64,000 nucleotides of DNA, taken from a virus. Below are positions 55,450-64,000 of the stretch, piece by piece. Location: positions 1-64,000 of the IMG/VR virus record IMGVR_UViG_3300042305_002088; one strand, given 5' to 3'. Numbering within the stretch: position 1 is the first letter of the stretch; every line of letters starts with the position of its first letter. The notes below the pieces were generated by a model. It did no database searches. It was given only the letters and a program-made list of their open reading frames with translations, and was not told the DNA's origin. The translations under genes were made by a program, and so were the position numbers.

Positions 55450-57654
55450 ATGGCTATTCAAAGACCGCAAAGAAGAATTAATTCACCGGGTGTACAGATC
55501 GACGAAACTGATTTGTCCCAATATTTAAACCCAACACCAGGTACAACAGTATTTGTTGCTGGTTATGCCCCACAAGGCCCGGTAGATGAAGTATTAAGTA
55601 TTACTTCAAATTCTGAGTTAGATCAAGTTTTCGGTCTTCCGCAGACACCTGCTGAGCGTTATTTTTATCACTCATGTAAGGAAATTTTAAATTCACCAGG
55701 TAACTTACTTGTTACTCGTCTACCATATGGTTCTGGTGGAGGTGAAGTTTTTGGCGGTTCATACGGAGCATTATTTTACCCTGTTTTAAGCTCAGGTACA
55801 ACAATAGGTACAGGAATCTCGGGTGTCGGTGCACTTTCAGCAACAGAGCTTTCAGCAACTACAATAACCGGTTATCAGATTGGTCAACCAACACATCTTA
55901 CATTAAATGACGATCAATACGACAATATTATTCAAGGTAACGTTACCTGGTCGTCTTTATCATCTACTCAACTAACACCAAGTCTTTCTACAACTGGATC
56001 AGTATATAATATTAACAACACAGGTATTATTGTTCTCAACTCTTCTAAAACAACAATTAATGAAGCATTTGAAGGTTATTACATAACATTTGCTGATAAT
56101 ACAAATTTTGGTCCTGATTCTGATTACAACGCAGTAACAAGTCTGTATAGTCTTACTGCAGCAAATGATTTTACACAACTACCATCAACTCGTCTCGGTT
56201 TTGCATTATCAGCTGCTTCCGGTACTACAAGAGATTCAATCTCTGAAGTTATTGAGAAGACACCAACATACAATTTTGGTGATTCGTACTATAAAGATTC
56301 TCTGATCGTTAATATCTTTAAAATTCGTAATTCGATTTATGAGCCAGAAAATTTAACATACTCGTTAGCAGAAACCCACATCGGTTCTTTTGATCCTAAT
56401 AAACAAATCGTAGCCGATGGTGGCGGTACACCGAAAACGTTTTACTTAGAAAATATCGTTAACCGTGGTTCAAATAATATAAAGCTACTAATTAACCCAG
56501 CACTAACAGATAGAACTAATTGGGTATCCCTAAGTGCTAATACACCAGCAAGAGCTGTTACGATTAATTCAGCAGCACGAGCCATATTCCCGGTAGGTTC
56601 ATATTTACCAACATACGCTTATCAAAGAGGTAAAGATATCGGTAATGTAGTAACAAAACTACAGCGTGCTTTAACCCTAGTTGAATTACCTGAAACTATT
56701 AATATCGATGTACTCGTTGATGCAGGCCTTTCAACAATTCATGCAAATAGTATTACAACCAGTAACGGTGACAAGTATTATGATGATAAAACCTTCCAAG
56801 TTACTACAAATCTTACCTCAAGTATTGAGTTATGGCAGTCAATTACAAATACATTTAATACATTTGTAACACTGACTCGTAAAGATTGTGTATTTATTTC
56901 TGATCCACTACGTCAAATATTTGTAAACGGTGAAGATACTAAAACACTCTCACTTAAAACTAAAAACTTTACAACAAACGTTTACACACCTCTCAAAAAC
57001 AGCTATGGGAGTATAAATTCAAATTACTTAGCAGCATATGCTAACTGGGTTAAGATATACGACTCAACAATTGATAAGCGCGTATGGGTACCTATTTCAG
57101 GTTTTGTAGGAGCTGTTTATGCTCGTTCTGATGCACAAACTCAACAGTGGTTTGCACCAGCTGGCCTAAATCGCGGTATTATTGCTAACGCTCTTGATTT
57201 AGCTATCAACCCCAACCAAAAGCAAAGAGATAACCTTTACACAATTGCTCTTAACCCTGTTGTATTCTTCCCAGGAGACGGTTATGTAGTATTCGGTCAA
57301 AAGACCTTACAAACAAAACCAACAGCATTTGACAGAGTAAATGTAAGACGTCTGTTCTTAGCTCTGGAAAAAGCAACTCTTAAAGCTCTTAAGTACTTCG
57401 TATTTGAACCTAACACTGAGTTTACACGCTCACGTCTCAAAGCAACCCTTACACCAATTTTTGAATTGGCTAAGAATACAGAGGGTGTTTATGACTACCT
57501 CATTGTTTGCGACGAGCGTAACAATACATCAGATTCAATCGATCGTAATGAGTTACTAGTAGATATCTATATCAAGCCAGTTAAGGCTGCAGAGTTTATC
57601 TTAGTCAACTTCATTGCAACACGCACTGGTCAAAACTTTGAAGAATTGATCTAA
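55450..57654 (+). CDS. gp18: contractile tail sheath protein
   Basis: SPGVQIDETDLS, WFAPAGLNRG, FDRVNVRRLF, FEPN, IYIKPVKAAEFI. Confidence 0.96.
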   Translation: MAIQRPQRRINSPGVQIDETDLSQYLNPTPGTTVFVAGYAPQGPVDEVLSITSNSELDQVFGLPQTPAERYFYHSCKEILNSPGNLLVTRLPYGSGGGEVFGGSYGALFYPVLSSGTTIGTGISGVGALSATELSATTITGYQIGQPTHLTLNDDQYDNIIQGNVTWSSLSSTQLTPSLSTTGSVYNINNTGIIVLNSSKTTINEAFEGYYITFADNTNFGPDSDYNAVTSLYSLTAANDFTQLPSTRLGFALSAASGTTRDSISEVIEKTPTYNFGDSYYKDSLIVNIFKIRNSIYEPENLTYSLAETHIGSFDPNKQIVADGGGTPKTFYLENIVNRGSNNIKLLINPALTDRTNWVSLSANTPARAVTINSAARAIFPVGSYLPTYAYQRGKDIGNVVTKLQRALTLVELPETINIDVLVDAGLSTIHANSITTSNGDKYYDDKTFQVTTNLTSSIELWQSITNTFNTFVTLTRKDCVFISDPLRQIFVNGEDTKTLSLKTKNFTTNVYTPLKNSYGSINSNYLAAYANWVKIYDSTIDKRVWVPISGFVGAVYARSDAQTQQWFAPAGLNRGIIANALDLAINPNQKQRDNLYTIALNPVVFFPGDGYVVFGQKTLQTKPTAFDRVNVRRLFLALEKATLKALKYFVFEPNTEFTRSRLKATLTPIFELAKNTEGVYDYLIVCDERNNTSDSIDRNELLVDIYIKPVKAAEFILVNFIATRTGQNFEELI

Positions 57655-57669
57655 TAAATATTTAAAATT

Positions 57670-58197
57670 ATGGCACAAAATATAGCAGACTTCTATAGAA
57701 CAGTACAAGAAAGAGATTTTGCACGTCAATTTCAATTTCGTGTAATTCAGCTTGCAAATACTAACTTTAACGAAGATGAATTCGTTTATTTAGAAACTGC
57801 AAATCTACCAGGCAGAACAATTAATAATATTCAGGTACCTTTCATGGGCTTGAATTTCAATGTACCTGGTACAGCTTCATACCCTGGTTCTGAGAGTTAT
57901 GCCGTATCATTTAGGTGTGATCAGAATTATGACATTCGTTCTACTCTAGAAAACGCTACATTTAACACTTTTGATGATCAAACATCAACCGGGGACTACA
58001 ATATTGCAAGAAATTCTTCTGTTATCATCTTAAATCTTCTTGGCAAAGACTCAAGTGTTATTAGACAATATACCCTATATGGAGCTTATGTAGTATCAGT
58101 AGGAGATATTGCTTACAATCTAGGAGATAACGGAGCTATCGTAACCGTTCCTTCTACTCTAGCCTATCAGTACTGGAGAGTTACTGCTGCCTCCTAA
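57670..58197 (+). CDS. gp19: tail tube protein
   Basis: ARQFQFRV, ANLPG, PG...Y, YQYW; follows the sheath gene. Confidence 0.85.
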   Translation: MAQNIADFYRTVQERDFARQFQFRVIQLANTNFNEDEFVYLETANLPGRTINNIQVPFMGLNFNVPGTASYPGSESYAVSFRCDQNYDIRSTLENATFNTFDDQTSTGDYNIARNSSVIILNLLGKDSSVIRQYTLYGAYVVSVGDIAYNLGDNGAIVTVPSTLAYQYWRVTAAS

Positions 58198-58237
58198 TTT
58201 ATATTAATAGGTAAAACCTATTAAATAATATAAATGT

Positions 58238-58912
58238 ATGGGTGTCGAGCTCACTAATCAAATACCATTCTTTTTAGAGTCGTTTCTTAGCAAACCTGCA
58301 TCTGCTTTACCGAAAGGTGCGCAGTGGGTACTAATATTTGATCCTATTCCAACTACTTTAATTAAGAGAATTGCTTCAGGTTGGGAACCACGAAAATGGA
58401 ATATAGATAAAGCTATAGAACAAACAAACGATAACAGCAACTACATGAATAAAAAGGGCTGTTTGTTTGTTCAAGCTGCAGAGATTCCTAGCGAAGGAAC
58501 TGTTATAAACGCAGAAGGTTTACAATATAATGGGTTTTTAAGAACAAATATCGGAGCTGGCCGGGAAGCATACTCTACTGTACAAATTATATTTCTAGAT
58601 ACAAATATTAGTTTTGCTGATAATGTTATTAGACCTTGGGTTATAACTACATCCCATTTAGGTATGATGGCACGTGGCGTAGAAAATGGAGTCGACTACA
58701 ATTACAGATGTAATTTTACCCTTTATAAATTAGGTGTTAAAAATAGAAAAGACCCTCCAAAAATTACTCAAAAAGTAACATTTATTGGGGGATGCCCGGT
58801 ATCAGTTGGCAGTGAGGAATTAAATTACTCCCCGGTTACTTCTCCAAGTCTACGAAGCACAACATTCACTTTTCATTATTATACGGTAGAAGGTCCTCAA
58901 AGTACCTTTTAA
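58238..58912 (+). CDS. tube-fold baseplate protein (gp54-like)
   Basis: AEIPSE, FLDTN, CPVSV..EELNY, TFTFHYY. Confidence 0.6.
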   Translation: MGVELTNQIPFFLESFLSKPASALPKGAQWVLIFDPIPTTLIKRIASGWEPRKWNIDKAIEQTNDNSNYMNKKGCLFVQAAEIPSEGTVINAEGLQYNGFLRTNIGAGREAYSTVQIIFLDTNISFADNVIRPWVITTSHLGMMARGVENGVDYNYRCNFTLYKLGVKNRKDPPKITQKVTFIGGCPVSVGSEELNYSPVTSPSLRSTTFTFHYYTVEGPQSTF

Positions 58913-58924
58913 GTAAAGGTAAGA

Positions 58925-59827
58925 ATGAGCTTTTTATATAAGGCAAAATTATTAGATCAAGAGATATTCTATAGTGAGTTAAGGGTTTATCAGCATAAAA
59001 AACTTTTAAAATGCTTTATAGGAGATCAAATACAGCCAGATGTTTTAATAAAGAACCTTAATGATATAATTTTTCAAAATACACAACTATCTGAAAAAGA
59101 TATTGAAAAAATGTCTTTCTTTGATTACTTTTTATTAGTATTGTATTTACGTTATACAAGTATCGGTGATTTAATTTTTGCTGAAATTGTTACTGATAAA
59201 AAGACAAAATTAGAAATCAGTATTAATAAAATGTTAAAAGAGTTTTATTCTTTTAATATTCAAGATATTTTAAAATCAACTATATTAGAGAATTTCGAAA
59301 TCGGTTATAAAATACCAGATATATATTCTATTTTAAAGCTTCAAGACAAAGTAATCCAAAATACTTTTTACTTATATTTTTTAAAATATATAAAAGTAGG
59401 AGACCAAATTTTAAATTTAGAAAAATTTAACGATACCGAGAAACAGATTATATTTGATAGTCTGCCTGCTAAGGTTACTGCCCAAATTATCAAACATACC
59501 TCAATGATTATTAAAACAATTAATAACTTTAACATTTTAACATTTTTGCCCGGACTTGAAGCAAAAATTTATTTTAATCTGAACATAGAAAACTTTTGCA
59601 GTTTAATAAGATTATTAGTTGGAGGGGATTTACTAAGCCTTTATGAAAACATTTTTGCTCTTAGTAAGTATGGAAATCTACCCCCTGAGTACATAGAGCA
59701 ATGCACACCTGGTGAATACTTGTTCTTTGTTAAGAAGTTAGAAGAAATTGCTAAAAAACGAGCAGCTGAAAATATGCCACCCTCTGATATGAGTGAAACA
59801 CCATTTGATGATGGTATAAGTGGATAA
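58925..59827 (+). CDS. baseplate hub assembly protein (gp26-like with a gp51-like C-terminus)
   Basis: LYENIFALSKYGNL..EYIEQCTPGE resembles gp51. Confidence 0.55.
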   Translation: MSFLYKAKLLDQEIFYSELRVYQHKKLLKCFIGDQIQPDVLIKNLNDIIFQNTQLSEKDIEKMSFFDYFLLVLYLRYTSIGDLIFAEIVTDKKTKLEISINKMLKEFYSFNIQDILKSTILENFEIGYKIPDIYSILKLQDKVIQNTFYLYFLKYIKVGDQILNLEKFNDTEKQIIFDSLPAKVTAQIIKHTSMIIKTINNFNILTFLPGLEAKIYFNLNIENFCSLIRLLVGGDLLSLYENIFALSKYGNLPPEYIEQCTPGEYLFFVKKLEEIAKKRAAENMPPSDMSETPFDDGISG

Positions 59828-59841
59828 TTATTTTACACAAA

Positions 59842-59849
59842 TATAAATA
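59842..59849 (+). promoter_or_regulatory. T4-consensus late promoter TATAAATA
   Basis: Exact consensus, 5 nt before ATG 59855. Confidence 0.75.
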
Positions 59850-59854
59850 CCGCT

Positions 59855-60721
59855 ATGAGTGAAATTATAGAACAAGCCCAGCCCACCCCTAAAGAAAGTC
59901 TTAGTAGCATCTTATCTCTTCTTAGTAACGAAGATTCTAAACTAACATTTAGTATTTTAGTACCCTCTCTTCAACAAGAGATAACTTTCAAACAGCTTAC
60001 TACAGAACAGCTTAAAAGACTTTTAAAGACTATCATTGATTCTCCTGTTTATAATACCGAGTTTACCCTTACTATTAATAGTGTCATTAAAGAGAATTGC
60101 ACAGATAAAACTATTGATACCGGTAAATTTACCATTTTTGATAAGTTATTTATTGTCTTTAAAACAAGAATAGAAAGTATATCTGATACCTATATAGTTA
60201 AATTTACAGATGAGGAAATTAAAGACAATAACTTAACTGAAAAATCTTTATCTATTAATCTCGTTGAACGTTTAGATAACTTTGCAAAACAGAACAACAC
60301 ATTTGATAACAAAGACTATTCTTTAAATGAATTTACTATCACATGCTCATTACCTACTTTGGAAATTGAAAATAAATTTGAAAAAGAACTTCATAAAAAC
60401 ATTAAGACAGATATTAACACACCTGAAGAACTACGAGAAATTATCGGTAGCACCTTTGTAAATGAGATTAGCAAATACATTACTAAGCTTCAGATAGGTG
60501 AAAAAGTTATTGATCTATCTAATTACAACTTTAAAGAACGAGTTAAAGTAATAGAAAAACTTCCAACAAATTTAATCAATAATGCCATCAAATTTATTGA
60601 AAAATATAAAGACCTTACCGGTTTGTTATTTAAGATTAATACAGACATTAAAGACACTACTGGCAATAGTGTAGTACTCGAAAAAGAACTTCCATACGAC
60701 GCAACTTTCTTCAATATCTAG
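59855..60721 (+). CDS. baseplate hub subunit (gp26-like)
   Basis: VPSLQQEITFKQLT, TIFDKLFI...RIESI, C-terminal FF. Confidence 0.65.
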   Translation: MSEIIEQAQPTPKESLSSILSLLSNEDSKLTFSILVPSLQQEITFKQLTTEQLKRLLKTIIDSPVYNTEFTLTINSVIKENCTDKTIDTGKFTIFDKLFIVFKTRIESISDTYIVKFTDEEIKDNNLTEKSLSINLVERLDNFAKQNNTFDNKDYSLNEFTITCSLPTLEIENKFEKELHKNIKTDINTPEELREIIGSTFVNEISKYITKLQIGEKVIDLSNYNFKERVKVIEKLPTNLINNAIKFIEKYKDLTGLLFKINTDIKDTTGNSVVLEKELPYDATFFNI

Positions 60722-60746
60722 GCTTCTCTTCTTAAATATTTAAGAA

Positions 60747-63020
60747 GTGACAGCATCAACGTTCTTACAGTCAAATCCTGAATTAATTGATATTCTAGCG
60801 GATTTATTGTCTTCAAAGTTTGACATTCCCCCGGATATGTTGAAGACAATAACCCAGAAAGCTATAGCTACTTCTACACGCAAAACAAACATTTTAATAG
60901 ATAAAACTCTCAAAGAGAGATTAAAAGATATTAATGATAGATTTAAAGAGAGCGGGTTAATTGGTTTAACAAAAGATTTTCTTAAAAGCAAAGCACAAGC
61001 TAAAATAACCCCTGCAAAAGAAAAAACAGTTACTGAATTAACTGTACCAAAGTCTAAAGAGTTACCTACCTTACCTTCTATTATACCATCTAATATACAA
61101 ACTTTAGGGTCTGAAAAAAGCGGTTCAGAAGCAGATAGAAAATTAACTGAAGAAAAAAAAGAACCGATACCTGTATTATTAGCCGGTATTACTAACGACG
61201 GTGAAAAAAGCTTAAGAGAAAAATTACCCGGTATTTTTGAAGATATCTTTAAAAAGATGCCTAAACAAGAACAAAAAGAGGATATGAAGTCTCAATTCTC
61301 TGAAAAAGGTCTTTTAGGTCTATTACCAAAAGGTTTATTAGGTTTAGGGGCTGGTGTTGCGCTGCTGCTGGGCGGTTTAGGAGCTTTAGTGGCAGGTCTT
61401 CAGACAGAAGGACCTTTTAAAGGTCTTCTTAAAATTTTTAGTAGAGTTGGTCTTGAAGGTGGTTTAAAACTTTTACAAAAAAGCGCTCTAACATTTTATA
61501 AATCCATATCTTCTTTTGTAGAGGCTCCAATTCGTTTGCTACAAACAGCAGCAAAATCTATAACCGAAATTTTTACAACAGGAGCTTTAAAGGGAGTAGG
61601 CGGGTTATTAAAAGGCGCTAAAGGTATCTTCACTAAGATGTTTGGTGGTGTAATAAAATTTTTAACCCCTTTTGTTAAGAGAATACCTTTTGTTGGCTCG
61701 TTAATTAGTTGGGGATTTGCATATTCTCGTTTTAAGTCAGGGGATATAGTAGGCGGAGCCATAGATCTTTTATCCGGTATCGCGACGCTTTTCCCCGGTA
61801 TAGGTACCGCCATAGGTATTGGATTAGATATACTCAACGCTTTCTTAGATTATAAATCTGGAGGTGCTGATAAAAAAGCATCACAGAAAAAAGGTAATAT
61901 ATTATGGGATTGGGTTAAAGGTCTCGGTAGTATGATCTGGAAAGGCATAAAATATGTCCCTGTGATTGGCCCGTTACTTGACATGGTTGAATCAATTACA
62001 AAAGGTAATTGGTTTGATGCTCTATGGAATTTTGCTCGTATTAACCCGTTATTTGACCCTCTAGTAGGTATTATAGAATACTTCACTGGTGGCAACATAA
62101 AAGAGGAGGCGCAAAAAGGAGTAATAAACTTTGCAAGTAAAATGCTCGACTGGGGTAAAGGTCTCAGTAAATGGGTTTATGAAGGTGCTAAAAAGCTTCC
62201 AGTAATTGGTCAGCTTATTAAGACAGGGGAGTTTTTATTACAAGGAGAATGGAGTAAGGCTCTTGTAGCGTTTTCTCGTGTAATACCTGGCGTCGGTTGG
62301 GTAATGGATATGCTTGGCTTTACTGAAGAAAAACAATTACAAGCAACAGAGAAAGGTTTAGATGCAATTAAAGGTCTTTGGAAATGGATTAAAGATTCAC
62401 TTTGGGAAAAAGTTACCGGCTTTGTTGGTAGTTTAATTGACAGTGTTAAAGACTGGTGGAACAATTTATCTTTGGACCCTCGTTCTTGGGTAGGTATGGG
62501 CCCTCAGGCCCCTGAACCAACTACCTCTCAAACCACCCAATCTACATCTACTCAATCAACTCAGCAGACTACCCCCCAGACTACATCAACACCTAACTCT
62601 GCACCTCTTTCTACAACGCCCGAACCAATAATACCTATAAGTACGCCCGAACCAATAATACCTATAAGTAGCGAAAAAATTATAACTCAAACAACAAACC
62701 CCTTAATAGGGGAAGCGGCACCCGAAATTACAACACCTTCAGAAACTCTATTAAGTGGTGCGTTTGGAGATGAAAATAATATTTTAAATAATAAAGCTCT
62801 TGAAGATATTGCTAGTAATACCGGAGACACAAATAATGCTATAGGTAATTTAACAAATGCTATTTTTAAATTAGCTCAAACTTTTGCAAAACAACAGCCA
62901 CAAGCTGGTAATAATATTATAATTAACGGTCAGCAGCAAAGTAACATACCTTCAGCCTCGCAAATTGCTGCTACTAATGTTGACCCAATAAGAAATATTA
63001 GAGCCCAATTTGCGATTTAA
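60747..63020 (+). CDS. tape-measure / gp29-like tail protein
   Basis: 757 aa with amphipathic KRIPFVGSLI and KKLPVIG repeats and GDIVGG; baseplate context. Confidence 0.6.
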   Translation: MTASTFLQSNPELIDILADLLSSKFDIPPDMLKTITQKAIATSTRKTNILIDKTLKERLKDINDRFKESGLIGLTKDFLKSKAQAKITPAKEKTVTELTVPKSKELPTLPSIIPSNIQTLGSEKSGSEADRKLTEEKKEPIPVLLAGITNDGEKSLREKLPGIFEDIFKKMPKQEQKEDMKSQFSEKGLLGLLPKGLLGLGAGVALLLGGLGALVAGLQTEGPFKGLLKIFSRVGLEGGLKLLQKSALTFYKSISSFVEAPIRLLQTAAKSITEIFTTGALKGVGGLLKGAKGIFTKMFGGVIKFLTPFVKRIPFVGSLISWGFAYSRFKSGDIVGGAIDLLSGIATLFPGIGTAIGIGLDILNAFLDYKSGGADKKASQKKGNILWDWVKGLGSMIWKGIKYVPVIGPLLDMVESITKGNWFDALWNFARINPLFDPLVGIIEYFTGGNIKEEAQKGVINFASKMLDWGKGLSKWVYEGAKKLPVIGQLIKTGEFLLQGEWSKALVAFSRVIPGVGWVMDMLGFTEEKQLQATEKGLDAIKGLWKWIKDSLWEKVTGFVGSLIDSVKDWWNNLSLDPRSWVGMGPQAPEPTTSQTTQSTSTQSTQQTTPQTTSTPNSAPLSTTPEPIIPISTPEPIIPISSEKIITQTTNPLIGEAAPEITTPSETLLSGAFGDENNILNNKALEDIASNTGDTNNAIGNLTNAIFKLAQTFAKQQPQAGNNIIINGQQQSNIPSASQIAATNVDPIRNIRAQFAI
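62616..62669 (+). repeat. 27-bp perfect tandem duplication, in frame
   Basis: ACGCCCGAACCAATAATACCTATAAGT twice (TPEPIIPIS twice). Confidence 0.95.
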
Positions 63021-63030
63021 ATAATATAAT

Positions 63031-64000
63031 ATGGCCGCTCAACCAACAGATACATATAAAAAAATATATGAACCTAAACCCCAAACAGGTGGTGGAGGAT
63101 TAGCTAGTCTATATAAACCTTCTGGAGGCACATACGGTTATGTAAACGTTGTAAAGGATTATGAATGGACTTTATCCCCTTCCTATATTCGAGATACAGC
63201 TCCCGTAGTGGTTCTTAAAGAATATGAAGTTAATGAAACAGCTATAAAAAGACAATTATATTTTTACGGAGCAGGGGCTACCGGACAGACAAGTGATACT
63301 ACTAAAGGTATACTCGCACCTTATGCAGAATTATTTCCAAAAGATAAACCTACAGGATTTGTTTATCAGCTTCCTTATTTAACTGATATAAATTTTCAAT
63401 TAAACACCCCTCAGTGGGCCTCACTAGATACCCTTGAACAAGGTCAAAAATTTGCTAGTAGCGTGGCAGGTGTTATAGGTGGGCAAGGTGCAGCTGCTAC
63501 TACTGAAGCAATTCTTGGCGCTGCTGGTGGAGCTTATATGGGTGCACAAGCTTTAAGTTACCCAAAAGTAGGTATCATGGATAGACCAAAATTATGGCAA
63601 AGCCATGATTTTCGAACAACAGAAATTAGATTCCCTCTCTTCAATACTCATACAGTAAATGTATGGCAGCGTAATAGGGATTTATGTTGGCTTTTAATAA
63701 ATCAAAATTTGTATAATAAAAGAGACTTCATTACAAGTGTGCCTCCTGTATTTTACGAACTATACGTCCCTGGTCAGCATTATAGTATTGCTGCCTGTGT
63801 GACTAATATTACAGTTACCAATCGAGGAAATATGAGAAGAATGGTAGGTTCTGATGGAATGGAGAGCAATGTACCGGACGTTTATGATGTACAGCTCACT
63901 TTAACAGACATGGTTATGCCAAGTAAAAATTTACTACAAACACTAGAAAATAGAACTGTAAGAGTACAAGTATTTCAATCTCAAACAGGGATCGGTGCTC
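63031..64000 (+). CDS. baseplate tube-cap-like protein (gp48-like), 3' truncated by the window
   Basis: ATG 63031 after TAAATA; frame is open to the window end; DRPKLW...FPLFNT...PPVFYELYVPG. Confidence 0.6.
   Translation, partial: MAAQPTDTYKKIYEPKPQTGGGGLASLYKPSGGTYGYVNVVKDYEWTLSPSYIRDTAPVVVLKEYEVNETAIKRQLYFYGAGATGQTSDTTKGILAPYAELFPKDKPTGFVYQLPYLTDINFQLNTPQWASLDTLEQGQKFASSVAGVIGGQGAAATTEAILGAAGGAYMGAQALSYPKVGIMDRPKLWQSHDFRTTEIRFPLFNTHTVNVWQRNRDLCWLLINQNLYNKRDFITSVPPVFYELYVPGQHYSIAACVTNITVTNRGNMRRMVGSDGMESNVPDVYDVQLTLTDMVMPSKNLLQTLENRTVRVQVFQSQTGIGA

Noticed and set aside
62616-62669. 27-bp duplication as a functional element
   Set aside because: It is an in-frame slippage in a low-complexity Pro/Thr linker
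1-64000. Stop-codon reassignment
   Set aside because: Core genes are intact under the standard code, all three stops are used and no suppressor tRNA is present
1-64000. CRISPR array, or a DGR/retron reverse transcriptase
   Set aside because: No regularly spaced repeats and no RT motifs were seen; the Cas4-like nuclease at 9959 stands alone, as is common in phages

Overview
This is an AT-rich 64 kb segment of a large T4-like myophage genome. It carries the replication and recombination core (gp61, UvsY, UvsW, gp55, gp47, gp46, gp43, UvsX, gp41, gp32, gp45) and a packaging and tail block (gp17, gp3, gp18, gp19, baseplate genes). Accessory content includes tandem beta-helix fibre paralogs, a cluster of 8 tRNAs, phage bS21 and an Hc1-like protein. 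There is also a dispersed 7-deazaguanine DNA-modification pathway (FolE, QueD, QueE, QueF, a DpdA-type transglycosylase and a PurN-like formyltransferase) and a 16-gene glycosylation island inserted between gp47 and gp46. The most unusual element is a tRNA(CAU) gene at 6326-6665 split into three exons (28, 8 and 40 nt). Its first insert is a 52-nt coreless mini-intron with its own 13-nt internal guide sequence, a P2 hairpin and a terminal G. Its second is a 212-nt group I intron with a complete catalytic core that ends in A instead of G. A helix linking the two suggests that one ribozyme core splices both introns in order. A free-standing endonuclease gene lies next to this tRNA. All product calls come from motif recognition by eye; no searches or folding programs were run.
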